A stretch of DNA of 64,000 nt from an uncultured delta proteobacterium. GTDB lineage: Bacteria > Desulfobacterota > Binatia > Binatales > Binataceae. The stretch covers positions 1,120,001 through 1,184,000 of the forward strand of contig CAVRVY010000004.1 in assembly GCA_963724765.1 (NCBI GenBank), in the 5' to 3' direction. The translations under genes were made by a program, and so were the position numbers. The notes under the pieces were generated by a model, which did no database searches, was not told the DNA's origin, and saw nothing but the letters and a program-made list of their open reading frames with translations. Positions 10,449 to 19,438 of this stretch are shown in pieces; the stretch's first letter is position 1, and every line of letters starts with the position of its first letter.

Positions 10449-11279
10449 ATGCGAAAACGATTGAGGAGGAAACCAGTGGAGCAAGGGGAGACACTGATTG
10501 TTGGCTTGGGCGAAGTCGGCGCGGCGCTGGCGGAAGTCATCGAGCGCCGAGGGCCGGTGCTGCGTCACGACATCGAGCCGCGCGAATTCGACGCGCCGAT
10601 CGGCGTGATGCATGTCTGCATTCCATTTCAATCGAGCGCGCAGTTCGAGGACGCAGTGTGCCAGTACGTCGAGCGCTTCGATCCCGCGCTGACGATCGTC
10701 AACAGCACGGTAATTCCAGGAACCACGAGCGCGCTCGCGCGGCGCACCGGTAAACCCGTCGCGTACAGTCCCGTGCGCGGCAAACACGTGCGGATGGCGC
10801 AGGACATGTTGCGCTACGTCAAGTACGTGGCGGCGGCTGAAGAAGAAGTCGCCGTGCGAGCCCAACGTCATTTCGAGAACGCCGGAATCAAGACCCGGCG
10901 AATGAAACGGCCGGAAACGCTGGAACTGGCCAAGCTTGCGGAGACGACCTATTTCGGCGTGCAGATTGCGTTCGCCCAGGATCTCGATCGTTACGCCCGC
11001 CGCGTTGGTGCCGACTACGAGGAGGCCATCAACTTTTTCGAGGAGGTCGACTTCCTGCCTCGGACCCGCTACTTCCCCGGGGTAATCGGCGGCCATTGCG
11101 TTATCCCCAACATCCAACTGCTGCGCAAGGTTGCCGACTCGCCCCTGCTCAACGCAGTGCTGGAGTCGAATTCGCTGCGCACCAGCGAGCTGGAACCGTC
11201 CAAAAACGAAGTGCGCCGGCGCAAATCAGCGAGACGCGAGTCTCACAAACGCGATGGCGACGTGCTTTCTCATCGATAG
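10449..11279 (+). CDS. Short nucleotide-sugar 6-dehydrogenase-like protein (UDP-Glc/GDP-Man dehydrogenase family)
   Basis: IVGLGEVG, STVIPGTT, YSPVRG, ELAKLAETTY, IGGHCVIPN; true start may be a slightly later GTG. Confidence 0.75.
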   Translation: MRKRLRRKPVEQGETLIVGLGEVGAALAEVIERRGPVLRHDIEPREFDAPIGVMHVCIPFQSSAQFEDAVCQYVERFDPALTIVNSTVIPGTTSALARRTGKPVAYSPVRGKHVRMAQDMLRYVKYVAAAEEEVAVRAQRHFENAGIKTRRMKRPETLELAKLAETTYFGVQIAFAQDLDRYARRVGADYEEAINFFEEVDFLPRTRYFPGVIGGHCVIPNIQLLRKVADSPLLNAVLESNSLRTSELEPSKNEVRRRKSARRESHKRDGDVLSHR

Positions 11280-11458
11280 CGTAGCGGCGAGCGCCGGCTG
11301 CACGGCGGCCCGTTTGCGCGGCTGCGCGGCGCCCGAATCGTGCACTACCAGTTTCGCAGACTAGCGCTCGCGCATCCCGATGGAGGAGATTTCAGCCGCG
11401 ATTCGCGGGGTGCGCGGACGACCGACGCGCTGGACGCTCGTCCAACGTCGCCCATGCT

Positions 11459-12316
11459 TCAGGACACGGAGGATTGCGAAGCAACAGCCTCGCCATTTTC
11501 GAGCTTCCGCCGGTCGGAGGCAAAAAGCGAACGCCATCGGCGGCCGCGCTTCGAGAGGCTCTCGAAAAGCGCCTGCGCTGTTCGTCCGACCCACGGTATG
11601 CCAGCACAGAGGTAAGTATGCTCTTTAATGAGCTGTCCTCCGAATGACATTTTGAACTGGGTTATCCCGTTGGTCTTGTCCTCCTGGATCCCACCAAGAT
11701 CGTAGTTGTTAAACCCTTGTTCTCGATAGGCACATATCTCATGCCAATGGAGGAATCGATTTATGTTACCGCATAGGCGCGAGGTCTCGCGATCATCGAA
11801 ACGCCGGCTGGCAGAATACAGAAGCCGCGCGCGGCCAATCTCGCCGTCGCGCAGCAGGACGTGTCCACACACGGGCTTTTCATCCAGGTATGCCATGAAC
11901 GTGTCGGCGTATCCCTCGTATCGGCTGAGCGCGCTTTCATCGATCGCCAAAAGCTCCGGCTTCGAGCGGGCGAGATCGTAATAAAGTGCTAGAAATTCCG
12001 CGGCCATCTCGGTACCGTCGCGGCGGATCCTGACCCGATTGCCCAGTTTTTCGGCCTGTCGAACCTCATAGCGAGTGTTCTTGGCGACCCCTTTCGAGAT
12101 TGTATCCAGTGAAGCAGTCAGATCTATGCATATCGTCGCGCTTCTATAGTGCCCGACCACACGATTTGCGATCGGAAGCTCGGTCGCGGTCCAGAATAAC
12201 CTGGCTATTTGAGTCGGCTTTGAGTGCTCGGTCAGCTCGGTAAGCGCCCCCTCGGTGGGAAAAAACACCGCCTTGTATGGCAAGAGGCCTACCAGCTTGC
12301 GATCTATCGTGATCAT
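11459..12316 (-). CDS. FemAB/GNAT-like acyltransferase
   Basis: IDLTASLD..KNTRYEVRQAEK, LHWHEI, YDLGG, ITQFKMSFGG. Confidence 0.75.
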   Translation of the reverse strand: MITIDRKLVGLLPYKAVFFPTEGALTELTEHSKPTQIARLFWTATELPIANRVVGHYRSATICIDLTASLDTISKGVAKNTRYEVRQAEKLGNRVRIRRDGTEMAAEFLALYYDLARSKPELLAIDESALSRYEGYADTFMAYLDEKPVCGHVLLRDGEIGRARLLYSASRRFDDRETSRLCGNINRFLHWHEICAYREQGFNNYDLGGIQEDKTNGITQFKMSFGGQLIKEHTYLCAGIPWVGRTAQALFESLSKRGRRWRSLFASDRRKLENGEAVASQSSVS

Positions 12317-12531
12317 TTAGTTCTGTCCTCGATCGTGCTCAATGCGCTTGCGCCACGTCAACGCGGCAGCATTAACGGCGATATAAATCGCTTCTCATAA
12401 GGTCCTGGGGTGAATGTCGCGGGGTGGGCGGGGAAGGGGACCCGGGTCGAGCATTTCTTTAGCCAAGGCAGCTCCTTGACGCAGCTCGCCAAGCACACTT
12501 TGCCAAGAGCCGATCATTGCCCATAAAGTTG

Positions 12532-12548
12532 AGCAATCCTGGTGCCAG
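12532..12548 (-). promoter_or_regulatory. Sigma-54 (-24/-12) promoter candidate upstream of the FemAB/GNAT gene
   Basis: Minus strand CTGGCACCAGGATTGCT = TGGCAC-N5-TTGCT with exact GG-N10-GC spacing. Confidence 0.65.
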
Positions 12549-12842
12549 CGGACGTTGCGGCAAAAACCTAAGCACTCAAGCGGAGTTTGGGCCGCTTTGC
12601 TGATTTCGCAGTAGTAAGCGTTCGGTAAAATGGTCCCTGGCACCGAAACAGTTGCTATGACCGCCTGGCAATTGTCGCCTGGTCTAATTTAACCTCAGGC
12701 CTGAAAAGGCGGCGCTCCAGGGCTGGGTAACAGGGGTGATTCCTGTAACCGCTACATTCGAGAGTCGCCGCCCTTGATAGTTTCGGCGCAACGCACGCTC
12801 GAACCGCACCGCACGGAATCATCCGGTGCGAATGGGGGGCCT

Positions 12843-13565
12843 CTACGAGGCGGCCGAACCAGGAGTCTGTTCGAGCCGATGCAGCGGTTTGCTACCGGAG
12901 AGCACTGCGAATATCAAGTTGCGGTAAGAGCAAGCGACCTCGACGAATCCGGCTTCGCGCATCCACGCGAGCTGCTGGCCGACGCTCGCAGGCAAGTCCT
13001 GTTTCATTCGCTCGAGCGCGGAGGTCAGGTCGCGCTCGCCGGCCTTCAACTCACGGGCGCGCTTGATCCACATGTCGCGCGCGCGGCGGTCGATAGCCGC
13101 GGTCTCGCCCGCGACCTGGTCCGCATTGATGAAGACGCCGCCGGGCGTCAGGTACTTGAAGATATCGGCGAAAAGATGGCGCTTGCCGATGTCGGGTAGA
13201 TGATTGACCGCCAGGGCTGACACGACCGCGTCGTAGGACTTAGACGGGGCGGCCGCGGCGAAATCGGCGGTCACGAATCGCACGCGCTTGCCGAGCCGCT
13301 TCAAACGCTGGCGCGCAACCATCAGCATCTCAGGCGTGAGGTCGAACAACGTGAGCCGCGCCTTCGGGAACGCTTCCGCGATCATCGCGGATAAGAGGCC
13401 GGTACCGGCGCCCAAGTCGAGCACCTCGAAGCGAGCGTCGGGCGCGAATGGCAACAACTCGAGCGCCGCGCGATAGAAATCATCGAAGCATGGAACCAGC
13501 TTACGACGCGCACGATCATACGTGTCGGCGCTGGCCGCGAACGCCTTGCGAACCGCCTGGGCCAT
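12843..13565 (-). CDS. Class I SAM-dependent methyltransferase (CmoA-like)
   Basis: YDRARRKLVPCFDDFY, VLDLGAGTG, VVSALA, LTPGGVFINADQV. Confidence 0.88.
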   Translation of the reverse strand: MAQAVRKAFAASADTYDRARRKLVPCFDDFYRAALELLPFAPDARFEVLDLGAGTGLLSAMIAEAFPKARLTLFDLTPEMLMVARQRLKRLGKRVRFVTADFAAAAPSKSYDAVVSALAVNHLPDIGKRHLFADIFKYLTPGGVFINADQVAGETAAIDRRARDMWIKRARELKAGERDLTSALERMKQDLPASVGQQLAWMREAGFVEVACSYRNLIFAVLSGSKPLHRLEQTPGSAAS

Positions 13566-13759
13566 CCTGAGAAGCCTACCGATTGATCTTGCCTTGAGCG
13601 AGCCCTGGCTATCGGCATCTTGGCTACCCCGCGAAACTGATTGGAGCAAACAACTCTGGAAGGCGCATGCCCGCCATCCACCAATCGTGTCCTGCTCTAA
13701 GGTCCATTACTCAGCTCGTTGATCTGGCGGTTCAGATAGCCTCCGATGCCGGGCCTGAC

Positions 13760-14056
13760 TTACTCCAAGGATGCACAACTTGGTCGGCAGTCGAGCGTCT
13801 GGGTCATGTGGCAGGTATTCTGGCATTGTACCGTACATGCCGCGACGCCTTCGTCGTACTCATCGCCACTCAGGTTAAGACCGGTAATAGTACTCTGACA
13901 GGATGGTTCGCACTTGCAACTGCTACTGGTGAAGGTTTTGTTTAAGCAACTTCTTACACATACCGCAAATGGATGCATTGTCGGATTTGAAAATGTAAAT
14001 CCCGGAAGAACCGCCATCAGGTAGATTCCTGCTACCAAACTCAATAGCCGCTTCAT
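13760..14056 (-). CDS. Small secreted cysteine-rich protein (10 Cys)
   Basis: Strong GGAGGAG RBS; MKRLL signal-like N-terminus; CxxxC-rich mature part. Confidence 0.65.
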   Translation of the reverse strand: MKRLLSLVAGIYLMAVLPGFTFSNPTMHPFAVCVRSCLNKTFTSSSCKCEPSCQSTITGLNLSGDEYDEGVAACTVQCQNTCHMTQTLDCRPSCASLE

Positions 14057-14118
14057 ATACTCTCCTCCCGCTCGCGATCTATGTCTCTAATAACCGCGCC
14101 GCCAGTTGATTGTCGATA

Positions 14119-16575
14119 TTAGTTACTCACGTTTACTGGCACCGATACAGTCGCGAGAACCGCGTTGCTGGTGGAAAATGCTTCGATCACCAACGTATGC
14201 GAGCCATTGGATACGGTGGTGGTATCAAAGCTGATATTGCAACTGCCGCCTGACGGCGAGCATACATTACCGTCGCCGGTCCCATCTGGGTAATTCTTGG
14301 CCCACGACACGCTCGACGACACCTGGGTTTGAATCGTGATCGTGCCGCTGATCGTCGCACCGCTGAGCGGCGACAAGACCGTAAGCGCCGTGGTCCCGAC
14401 CGGAGTTGGAGTGGCGGTTGGCGTCGGCGCCGGGGTTGGCGTCTTGGCCGGCGTTGGCGTAACAACCGGAGTCGCAGTAACGGTTGGCGTCGGCGCCGGG
14501 GTTGGCGTCTTGGCCGGCGTTGGCGTAACAACCGGAGTCGCAGTAACGGTTGGCGTCGGCGCCGGGGTTGGCGTCTTGGCCGGCGTTGGCGTAACAACCG
14601 GAGTCGCAGTAACGGTTGGCGTCGGCGTAGAGCCATTGCTCACGGTCACTGCCACGGACACAGTAGCGAGAACCGCGTTGCTGGTGGAAAAGGCTTTGAT
14701 CACCAACGTATGCGAGCCATTGGACACGGTGGTGGTATCAAAGCTGATATTGCAGCTGCCGCCTGACGGCCCGCATATATTCCCGTTGCCGGTGCCATCT
14801 GGATAATTTTTGGCCCACGACACGCTCGACGAGACCTTGGTTTGAATCGTGATCGTGCCACTGATGGTCGCGCCGTTGAGCGGCGACAAGACCGTAAGCG
14901 CCGTGGTCCCGACCGGAGTTGGAGTGGCGGTTGGCGTCGGCGCAGGGGTTGGCGTCTTGACCGGCGTTGGAGTAACGACCGGAGTCGGAGTAACGGTTGG
15001 CGCCCCAACCGGGGTTGGCGTGGGAGTCGCGCTCCTCGTGGACGTTGGGGACGCACTTGGTGTGGGGGTGGCTGTAGTGGTCGGAGTAGGAGTGGCCGAT
15101 CCGGAGACAAATTCATTCAGCACGTTAGCGGTGATTTGCTCAGCAGCAGAGTTGACCAACGATGGAGAAGGGCTATAGGGGCTTACAGCGGACAGGCCAT
15201 AGGTCCAATCCATGCTTCCGGTGGAAAATACCCATGCTCCACTGCTGGCCTGATACAGGCTCATGTTTGCAATCTGAGTTCCCTCATCTTGAAAAGGAGA
15301 GCTCGTCAGTGTAACTGTTCCCGTGGGCGAGCCCGCGTCTACGGCATCTACTTCGTAACCCAAGAGACCCGGCAAGCTATCACCACTTTGCAATCCGGAA
15401 TTATTGAACACCCAGCTCGAGGTATCGCCGATTGCTATCGATGCACTAACTGGTTCGTAATCAATATACATCTGTCCGATCATGGCGTCTTCCGGCGTAG
15501 CAGGATAAGACCCGTGTGGCAGGCGCCACTCGGTCGTAATCAGGTAATTGGTCGACGAATTGGCAGCGTCAGGATCCTGCGATGCGGCTTCTTTATAAGC
15601 TACTATTGTGCGATTTGCGGCACCCGTCAGCGTGCTGGATTGGTAGCGAATCTGCCAAAAACATTCGTTCGCAGAAAAAAAGCCCAGGTTCACTCCAGCA
15701 TCGCGCGCAGCGGTGACGTTGTTGCGCATTTCCCAAGACCAATATTCGTCATGACCTACGATTAGAAACCCTTTATGCTGGAGAATCAGCGCGGGGCTGG
15801 TGTGGGTATCCACATCCGTGGTGTAGGTCACGTTGTAACCCTGCTGTTCCAGAAAGGCCAGCATATTGAATTCCCAACTAAAAAAATCTCCCGTGCCACG
15901 ATTAATCGCAGCATATGGCCTGTTGTAGGAAACCATGACAGCGGGATAAGCACTTGACGACGCGCCCTCAGTATTAAGAGTGGGAGCTGACGAACTGTTG
16001 AAAGCGTAAAGGGATTTACCACCCCAATCGTTGTAAGCCTGATAAGTGTTTGTACTTTGTTGAAACAGCAGATCGGAGGTGCTGGAATCATTTCTGACTA
16101 CGAATATGATATATGACTGCAAACCCGAGGTGGTTCCCGTCAGCTTAGCCAGGTAGATTCCGCTCGTCCAGTTACTTCCTGTGGTGAGAACGTAGGGGTT
16201 GATCCAATTGCACTCTAAGAACCCAGTGGTGGGATCAGGAGTCGGAATCGTTTGATTCGTGCCGGCGACGGTAACGGGCCCGAACATCAGCCGGGCACCG
16301 AGCCCTTGGTAGTAACCCATCCGGTAAACCGAGATTTGATATTGTGGGTCGGTGGTCGTAACAAAAAGCGAAATCTGCCCGCCTTGATTCACGCTTGTAA
16401 GATTGGCGTAACCAGCGATTGTATTGTCGGATGCAGGATTGGTAAGCAACCAGTTGGGTGTGCCTGGATTCGCGTTTTCTATCTGAATCGGGTTCTGCGA
16501 CGAGGCGATGATCAGGCGCAACAACATCAGTGCAAATATTGCAGTCGCCACAGAGACAATTAGAAATTTTTTCAT
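14119..16575 (-). CDS. Secreted N,N-dimethylformamidase beta-subunit-like protein with PT linkers and two Ig-like domains
   Basis: Signal MKKFLIV; ENANPG, YRMGYY, NTYQAYN.WGGKSLY, VSYNRPY, GHDEYWS, LGYEVD; Thr/Pro linkers; duplicated DTTTVSNGSHTL domain. Confidence 0.85.
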   Translation of the reverse strand: MKKFLIVSVATAIFALMLLRLIIASSQNPIQIENANPGTPNWLLTNPASDNTIAGYANLTSVNQGGQISLFVTTTDPQYQISVYRMGYYQGLGARLMFGPVTVAGTNQTIPTPDPTTGFLECNWINPYVLTTGSNWTSGIYLAKLTGTTSGLQSYIIFVVRNDSSTSDLLFQQSTNTYQAYNDWGGKSLYAFNSSSAPTLNTEGASSSAYPAVMVSYNRPYAAINRGTGDFFSWEFNMLAFLEQQGYNVTYTTDVDTHTSPALILQHKGFLIVGHDEYWSWEMRNNVTAARDAGVNLGFFSANECFWQIRYQSSTLTGAANRTIVAYKEAASQDPDAANSSTNYLITTEWRLPHGSYPATPEDAMIGQMYIDYEPVSASIAIGDTSSWVFNNSGLQSGDSLPGLLGYEVDAVDAGSPTGTVTLTSSPFQDEGTQIANMSLYQASSGAWVFSTGSMDWTYGLSAVSPYSPSPSLVNSAAEQITANVLNEFVSGSATPTPTTTATPTPSASPTSTRSATPTPTPVGAPTVTPTPVVTPTPVKTPTPAPTPTATPTPVGTTALTVLSPLNGATISGTITIQTKVSSSVSWAKNYPDGTGNGNICGPSGGSCNISFDTTTVSNGSHTLVIKAFSTSNAVLATVSVAVTVSNGSTPTPTVTATPVVTPTPAKTPTPAPTPTVTATPVVTPTPAKTPTPAPTPTVTATPVVTPTPAKTPTPAPTPTATPTPVGTTALTVLSPLSGATISGTITIQTQVSSSVSWAKNYPDGTGDGNVCSPSGGSCNISFDTTTVSNGSHTLVIEAFSTSNAVLATVSVPVNVSN
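14153..14943. repeat. Intragenic duplication of Ig-like domain (offset 513 bp)
   Basis: About 14153-14430 closely matches about 14666-14943 at DNA level. Confidence 0.9.
14415..14627. repeat. Coding tandem repeat, 66 bp x about 3.2
   Basis: Identical units start at 14415, 14481, 14547, partial at 14613; encodes TPTVTATPVVTPTPAKTPTPAP. Confidence 0.95.
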
Positions 16576-16738
16576 CAAAAATCCCCCGCGTCGGACGGCT
16601 GCCGACTCAACAGATTGGGGTCGGTCAGGACGTTCGGTGTTAAAAATCGACCTCGGCTCGACGAGTCCAGAGTAAAACTTGCAAGTCCGGGTATAGCGAA
16701 ACTTGGAAGGTTGCAACTCTTGGTAAGTTACTTGCCCG

Positions 16739-16754
16739 AGCAATAACCGTTCCT
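16739..16754 (-). promoter_or_regulatory. Possible sigma-54 promoter upstream of the DMFase-like gene
   Basis: Minus strand AGGAACGGTTATTGCT, GG-N10-GC, about 165 nt before the ATG; imperfect -24 box. Confidence 0.4.
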
Positions 16755-17099
16755 TGTTGCGTAGGGAAGAAGTAAGCGGCAGTGTGGCACTTTCAAGAAG
16801 AATCAGATGCTGTTCGGTTAGTTAAAGTTACTATGGTGGAACGAATTGCATGTAGAATTTCCCTTCTGTAAGAGCCTCGGGCGTTTTGGAGAATTTACCT
16901 GTCTTGGGCATGTGAACGCGGCAGATGCGGTGTCTCGGACGCGAAACAGCAGCAAGCCGAGCATCGAGCGCGTAACGCCCGGTCCATCCTGAGGAACCTC
17001 GCGCATTGACCGTTTCTTGAGCGCGTCGTGGGCCCGTGATTTGACACTGGCGAAGATGAAGTGAAAGTCTGTTGGCAACCCAGCCAACGCGGAGGCAGC

Positions 17100-17492
17100 A
17101 TGGCAACCGTGAAGCTTATTGAGTACGGCGACGGAAGCCCGGAGGTCCGGGCCGTCTATGACGACATCATGGCTACCCGGAAAACTGATTGGATCAACAA
17201 TTTCTGGAAGGCGCTCGCCCACCATCCACAGACCCTCAGGCGAACCTGGGAAAGCGTCAAGGAGGTGATGGCGCCGGGCGCCCTCGATCCGCTGGTCAAG
17301 GAGATGATCTATATCGCGGTCAGCGCGACCAATGGCTGCGAATATTGCATCCGGTCGCATACCGCGGGCGCGCGCAAGGCAGGCATGACCGAGACCATGC
17401 TCGGCGAACTGATGGCGGTCGTTGGAATGGCGAACGAGACGAATCGCCTGGCCAACGGCTATCAGGTCGACATCGACGAACCCTTCAAATAG
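17100..17492 (+). CDS. Carboxymuconolactone decarboxylase/AhpD family protein
   Basis: GGAGG RBS; KEMIYIAVSATNGCEYCIRSH. Confidence 0.9.
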   Translation: MATVKLIEYGDGSPEVRAVYDDIMATRKTDWINNFWKALAHHPQTLRRTWESVKEVMAPGALDPLVKEMIYIAVSATNGCEYCIRSHTAGARKAGMTETMLGELMAVVGMANETNRLANGYQVDIDEPFK

Positions 17493-17541
17493 TAATGTTG
17501 TCCGTCTCTTGCGTTACTCTATTTAGAGGACTGAGACAGAG

Positions 17542-17961
17542 ATGATAACGGGCGGATGCTTGTGCGGAGCTGTACGATACGAGGCTCAGGGGAATCCCCT
17601 GTTTGCGGTTCACTGCCACTGCCGCGACTGCCAGCGGGCATCTGGAACCGGGCATGTGCCGGTTATGGGTATGCCAAAGCCGCTGTTTAGGGTCACGGGC
17701 AAGACCAGGAGCTACGCGGCGGCGGGAATGAGCGGACTAAAGTCCATCCGGCACTTCTGTTTGACTTGCGGCAGCCTCCTCTTCGGAATGCCTGAGGTTG
17801 CCCCGGACGCCGTCAGCGTCTATGTCGGTAGCCTGGACGACCCGTCGGTGTTTCGGCCAGAGGCTATTCTATTCGCGCGCGATCGTCCGAGTTGGGATGG
17901 GATCGTGGGAGGCCTGCCGGAATTCGATACGATGCCTGTGCCACCGACGAATGCCCAGTGA
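17542..17961 (+). CDS. GFA (glutathione-dependent formaldehyde-activating/CENP-V) family protein
   Basis: GGCLCGAVRY, CHCRDCQRASG, RHFCLTCGS. Confidence 0.92.
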   Translation: MITGGCLCGAVRYEAQGNPLFAVHCHCRDCQRASGTGHVPVMGMPKPLFRVTGKTRSYAAAGMSGLKSIRHFCLTCGSLLFGMPEVAPDAVSVYVGSLDDPSVFRPEAILFARDRPSWDGIVGGLPEFDTMPVPPTNAQ

Positions 17962-18111
17962 GCGAGTGAAACTCGGGCGCGCGATTCAACGTCTCTGACG
18001 GGCCGCCCTATGCGCCTCGGATTTCGCAAACCGCAACCCCTGGTCGCTTGATTTCAGCATCAGCCCAGAATCCAACTTGCCCGCTGGCCAGAACTGCGTT
18101 TGTATAACCGG

Positions 18112-18800
18112 GTGTATAATGCACCGGTTGCTGATACCTCGCTCGTCGGCTGTCCCCACTGCGATCTGGTGCAGCGACTGCCTGATCTCGCGCCGGGCGC
18201 CTCGGCGCGATGCCCGCGCTGTAACGAGGAACTGTGGCGGCGGCACGAGGACCATCTGAACCGGACGCTCCGCTGACGATCGCAGCCGCGGTGCTGTACG
18301 TCATAGCGAATACCGTTCCCATGCTCGGCCTTACGATCGTTGGGCGCGAAGCCTCGACCACCGTGATCGGAGGCGCCGAGCACCTGTGGCAGGACGGGCA
18401 GAAGATCGTCGGCGCCCTCGTACTGTTCACCGCCGTCATCGCACCCGCGCTGCAGATCGGTTTCATGCTGGCGATCACGCTCGGAGCCCATCGCGAACGC
18501 CCACGAAAATGGGTGGGAACGCTGCTCCGCCATCACCCGACCACGCGGCTGTGGAGCATGATCGAGGTCATGCTGCTCGGCGTGCTGGTGGCGCTCATCA
18601 AGATTGCTGATTAAGCGACGGTAATTCCGGGGATGGCGCTGTTCGTGCTGGGGGCGCTCGTTTTCCTGCTCGCCGCGATCCAGGCGAACTTCGACGCGCG
18701 CGAGGTGTGGGACAGGATCGAGTGGGCGGACGCAAGCTCGCGTCCCGAGCATGCTGACGACCGGCACGCTGACAATCGAATGGCCGAGGCAAGGTGGTGA
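18112..18800 (+). pseudogene. pqiA: PqiA first half, disrupted by frameshift and nonsense codon
   Basis: GTG 18112: CPHCDL...CPRC...LNRTL, frameshift near 18271, then LTIAAAVLYVIAN...WSMIEV...KIAD, TAA 18612-18614, and the frame continues ATVIPG...FDAREVWDRI to TGA 18800. Confidence 0.85.
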
Positions 18801-19438
18801 GCGCCGCTGCGCCAACCGCGATGCAGCAGGGGCTGCAGAGCTGCGATACGTGCGGTCTGCTTTCCCGCCCCGTGCCGGGCGCGAGCGATGGCCGCTGTCC
18901 GCGCTGCGATGAGGAGCTGGCATTTCGCAAACCCGACAGCCTCCAGCGTACCTGGGCTTTCCTGATCGCCGCGGCGGTCTGTTACATCCCGGCCAACGTC
19001 CTTCCCGTCTTGACCACGACCACCGCCGCCGGCGCCGAGTCTGACACCATCCTGCAGGGCGTCGTGCTGCTGTGGTCGCCAAGCGGATGGCCGCTGTCGA
19101 TCATCGTACTCGTCGCGAGCATCATGATTCCGAGCGCCAAGATCCTCGCGCTGGCCTACCTGCTCATCAGCGTGCAGCGCGGTTCGATCAAGAATAACCA
19201 GCAGCGTATCCGGCTGTATCGGACCGTCGAATTCATCGGACGCTGGTCGATGGTCGACGTGTTTGTCGACACCTTTACCGCCGCGCTCATCCAACTTCAG
19301 CCGCTGATGTCGGTCGAGCCGGGGCCGGGCCTGTTCTTCTTCGCCGCGGTCGTGGTGCTGACGATGCTTGCGGCTGAATCCTTTGACCCTCGATTGATCT
19401 GGGATGCCACAAATATGAAAGAGGTTCGACATGGCTGA
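18794..19438 (+). CDS. pqiA: PqiA second half (paraquat-inducible protein A domain)
   Basis: CDTC..CPRC, SLQRTWA, YIPANVLP, IGRWSMVDVFV, FDPRLIWD. Confidence 0.92.
   Translation: MVSAAAPTAMQQGLQSCDTCGLLSRPVPGASDGRCPRCDEELAFRKPDSLQRTWAFLIAAAVCYIPANVLPVLTTTTAAGAESDTILQGVVLLWSPSGWPLSIIVLVASIMIPSAKILALAYLLISVQRGSIKNNQQRIRLYRTVEFIGRWSMVDVFVDTFTAALIQLQPLMSVEPGPGLFFFAAVVVLTMLAAESFDPRLIWDATNMKEVRHG

Noticed and set aside
14415-14627. 66-bp periodic repeat as a CRISPR array
   Set aside because: Units are identical with no unique spacers, are in frame in a PT linker, and no cas genes are present
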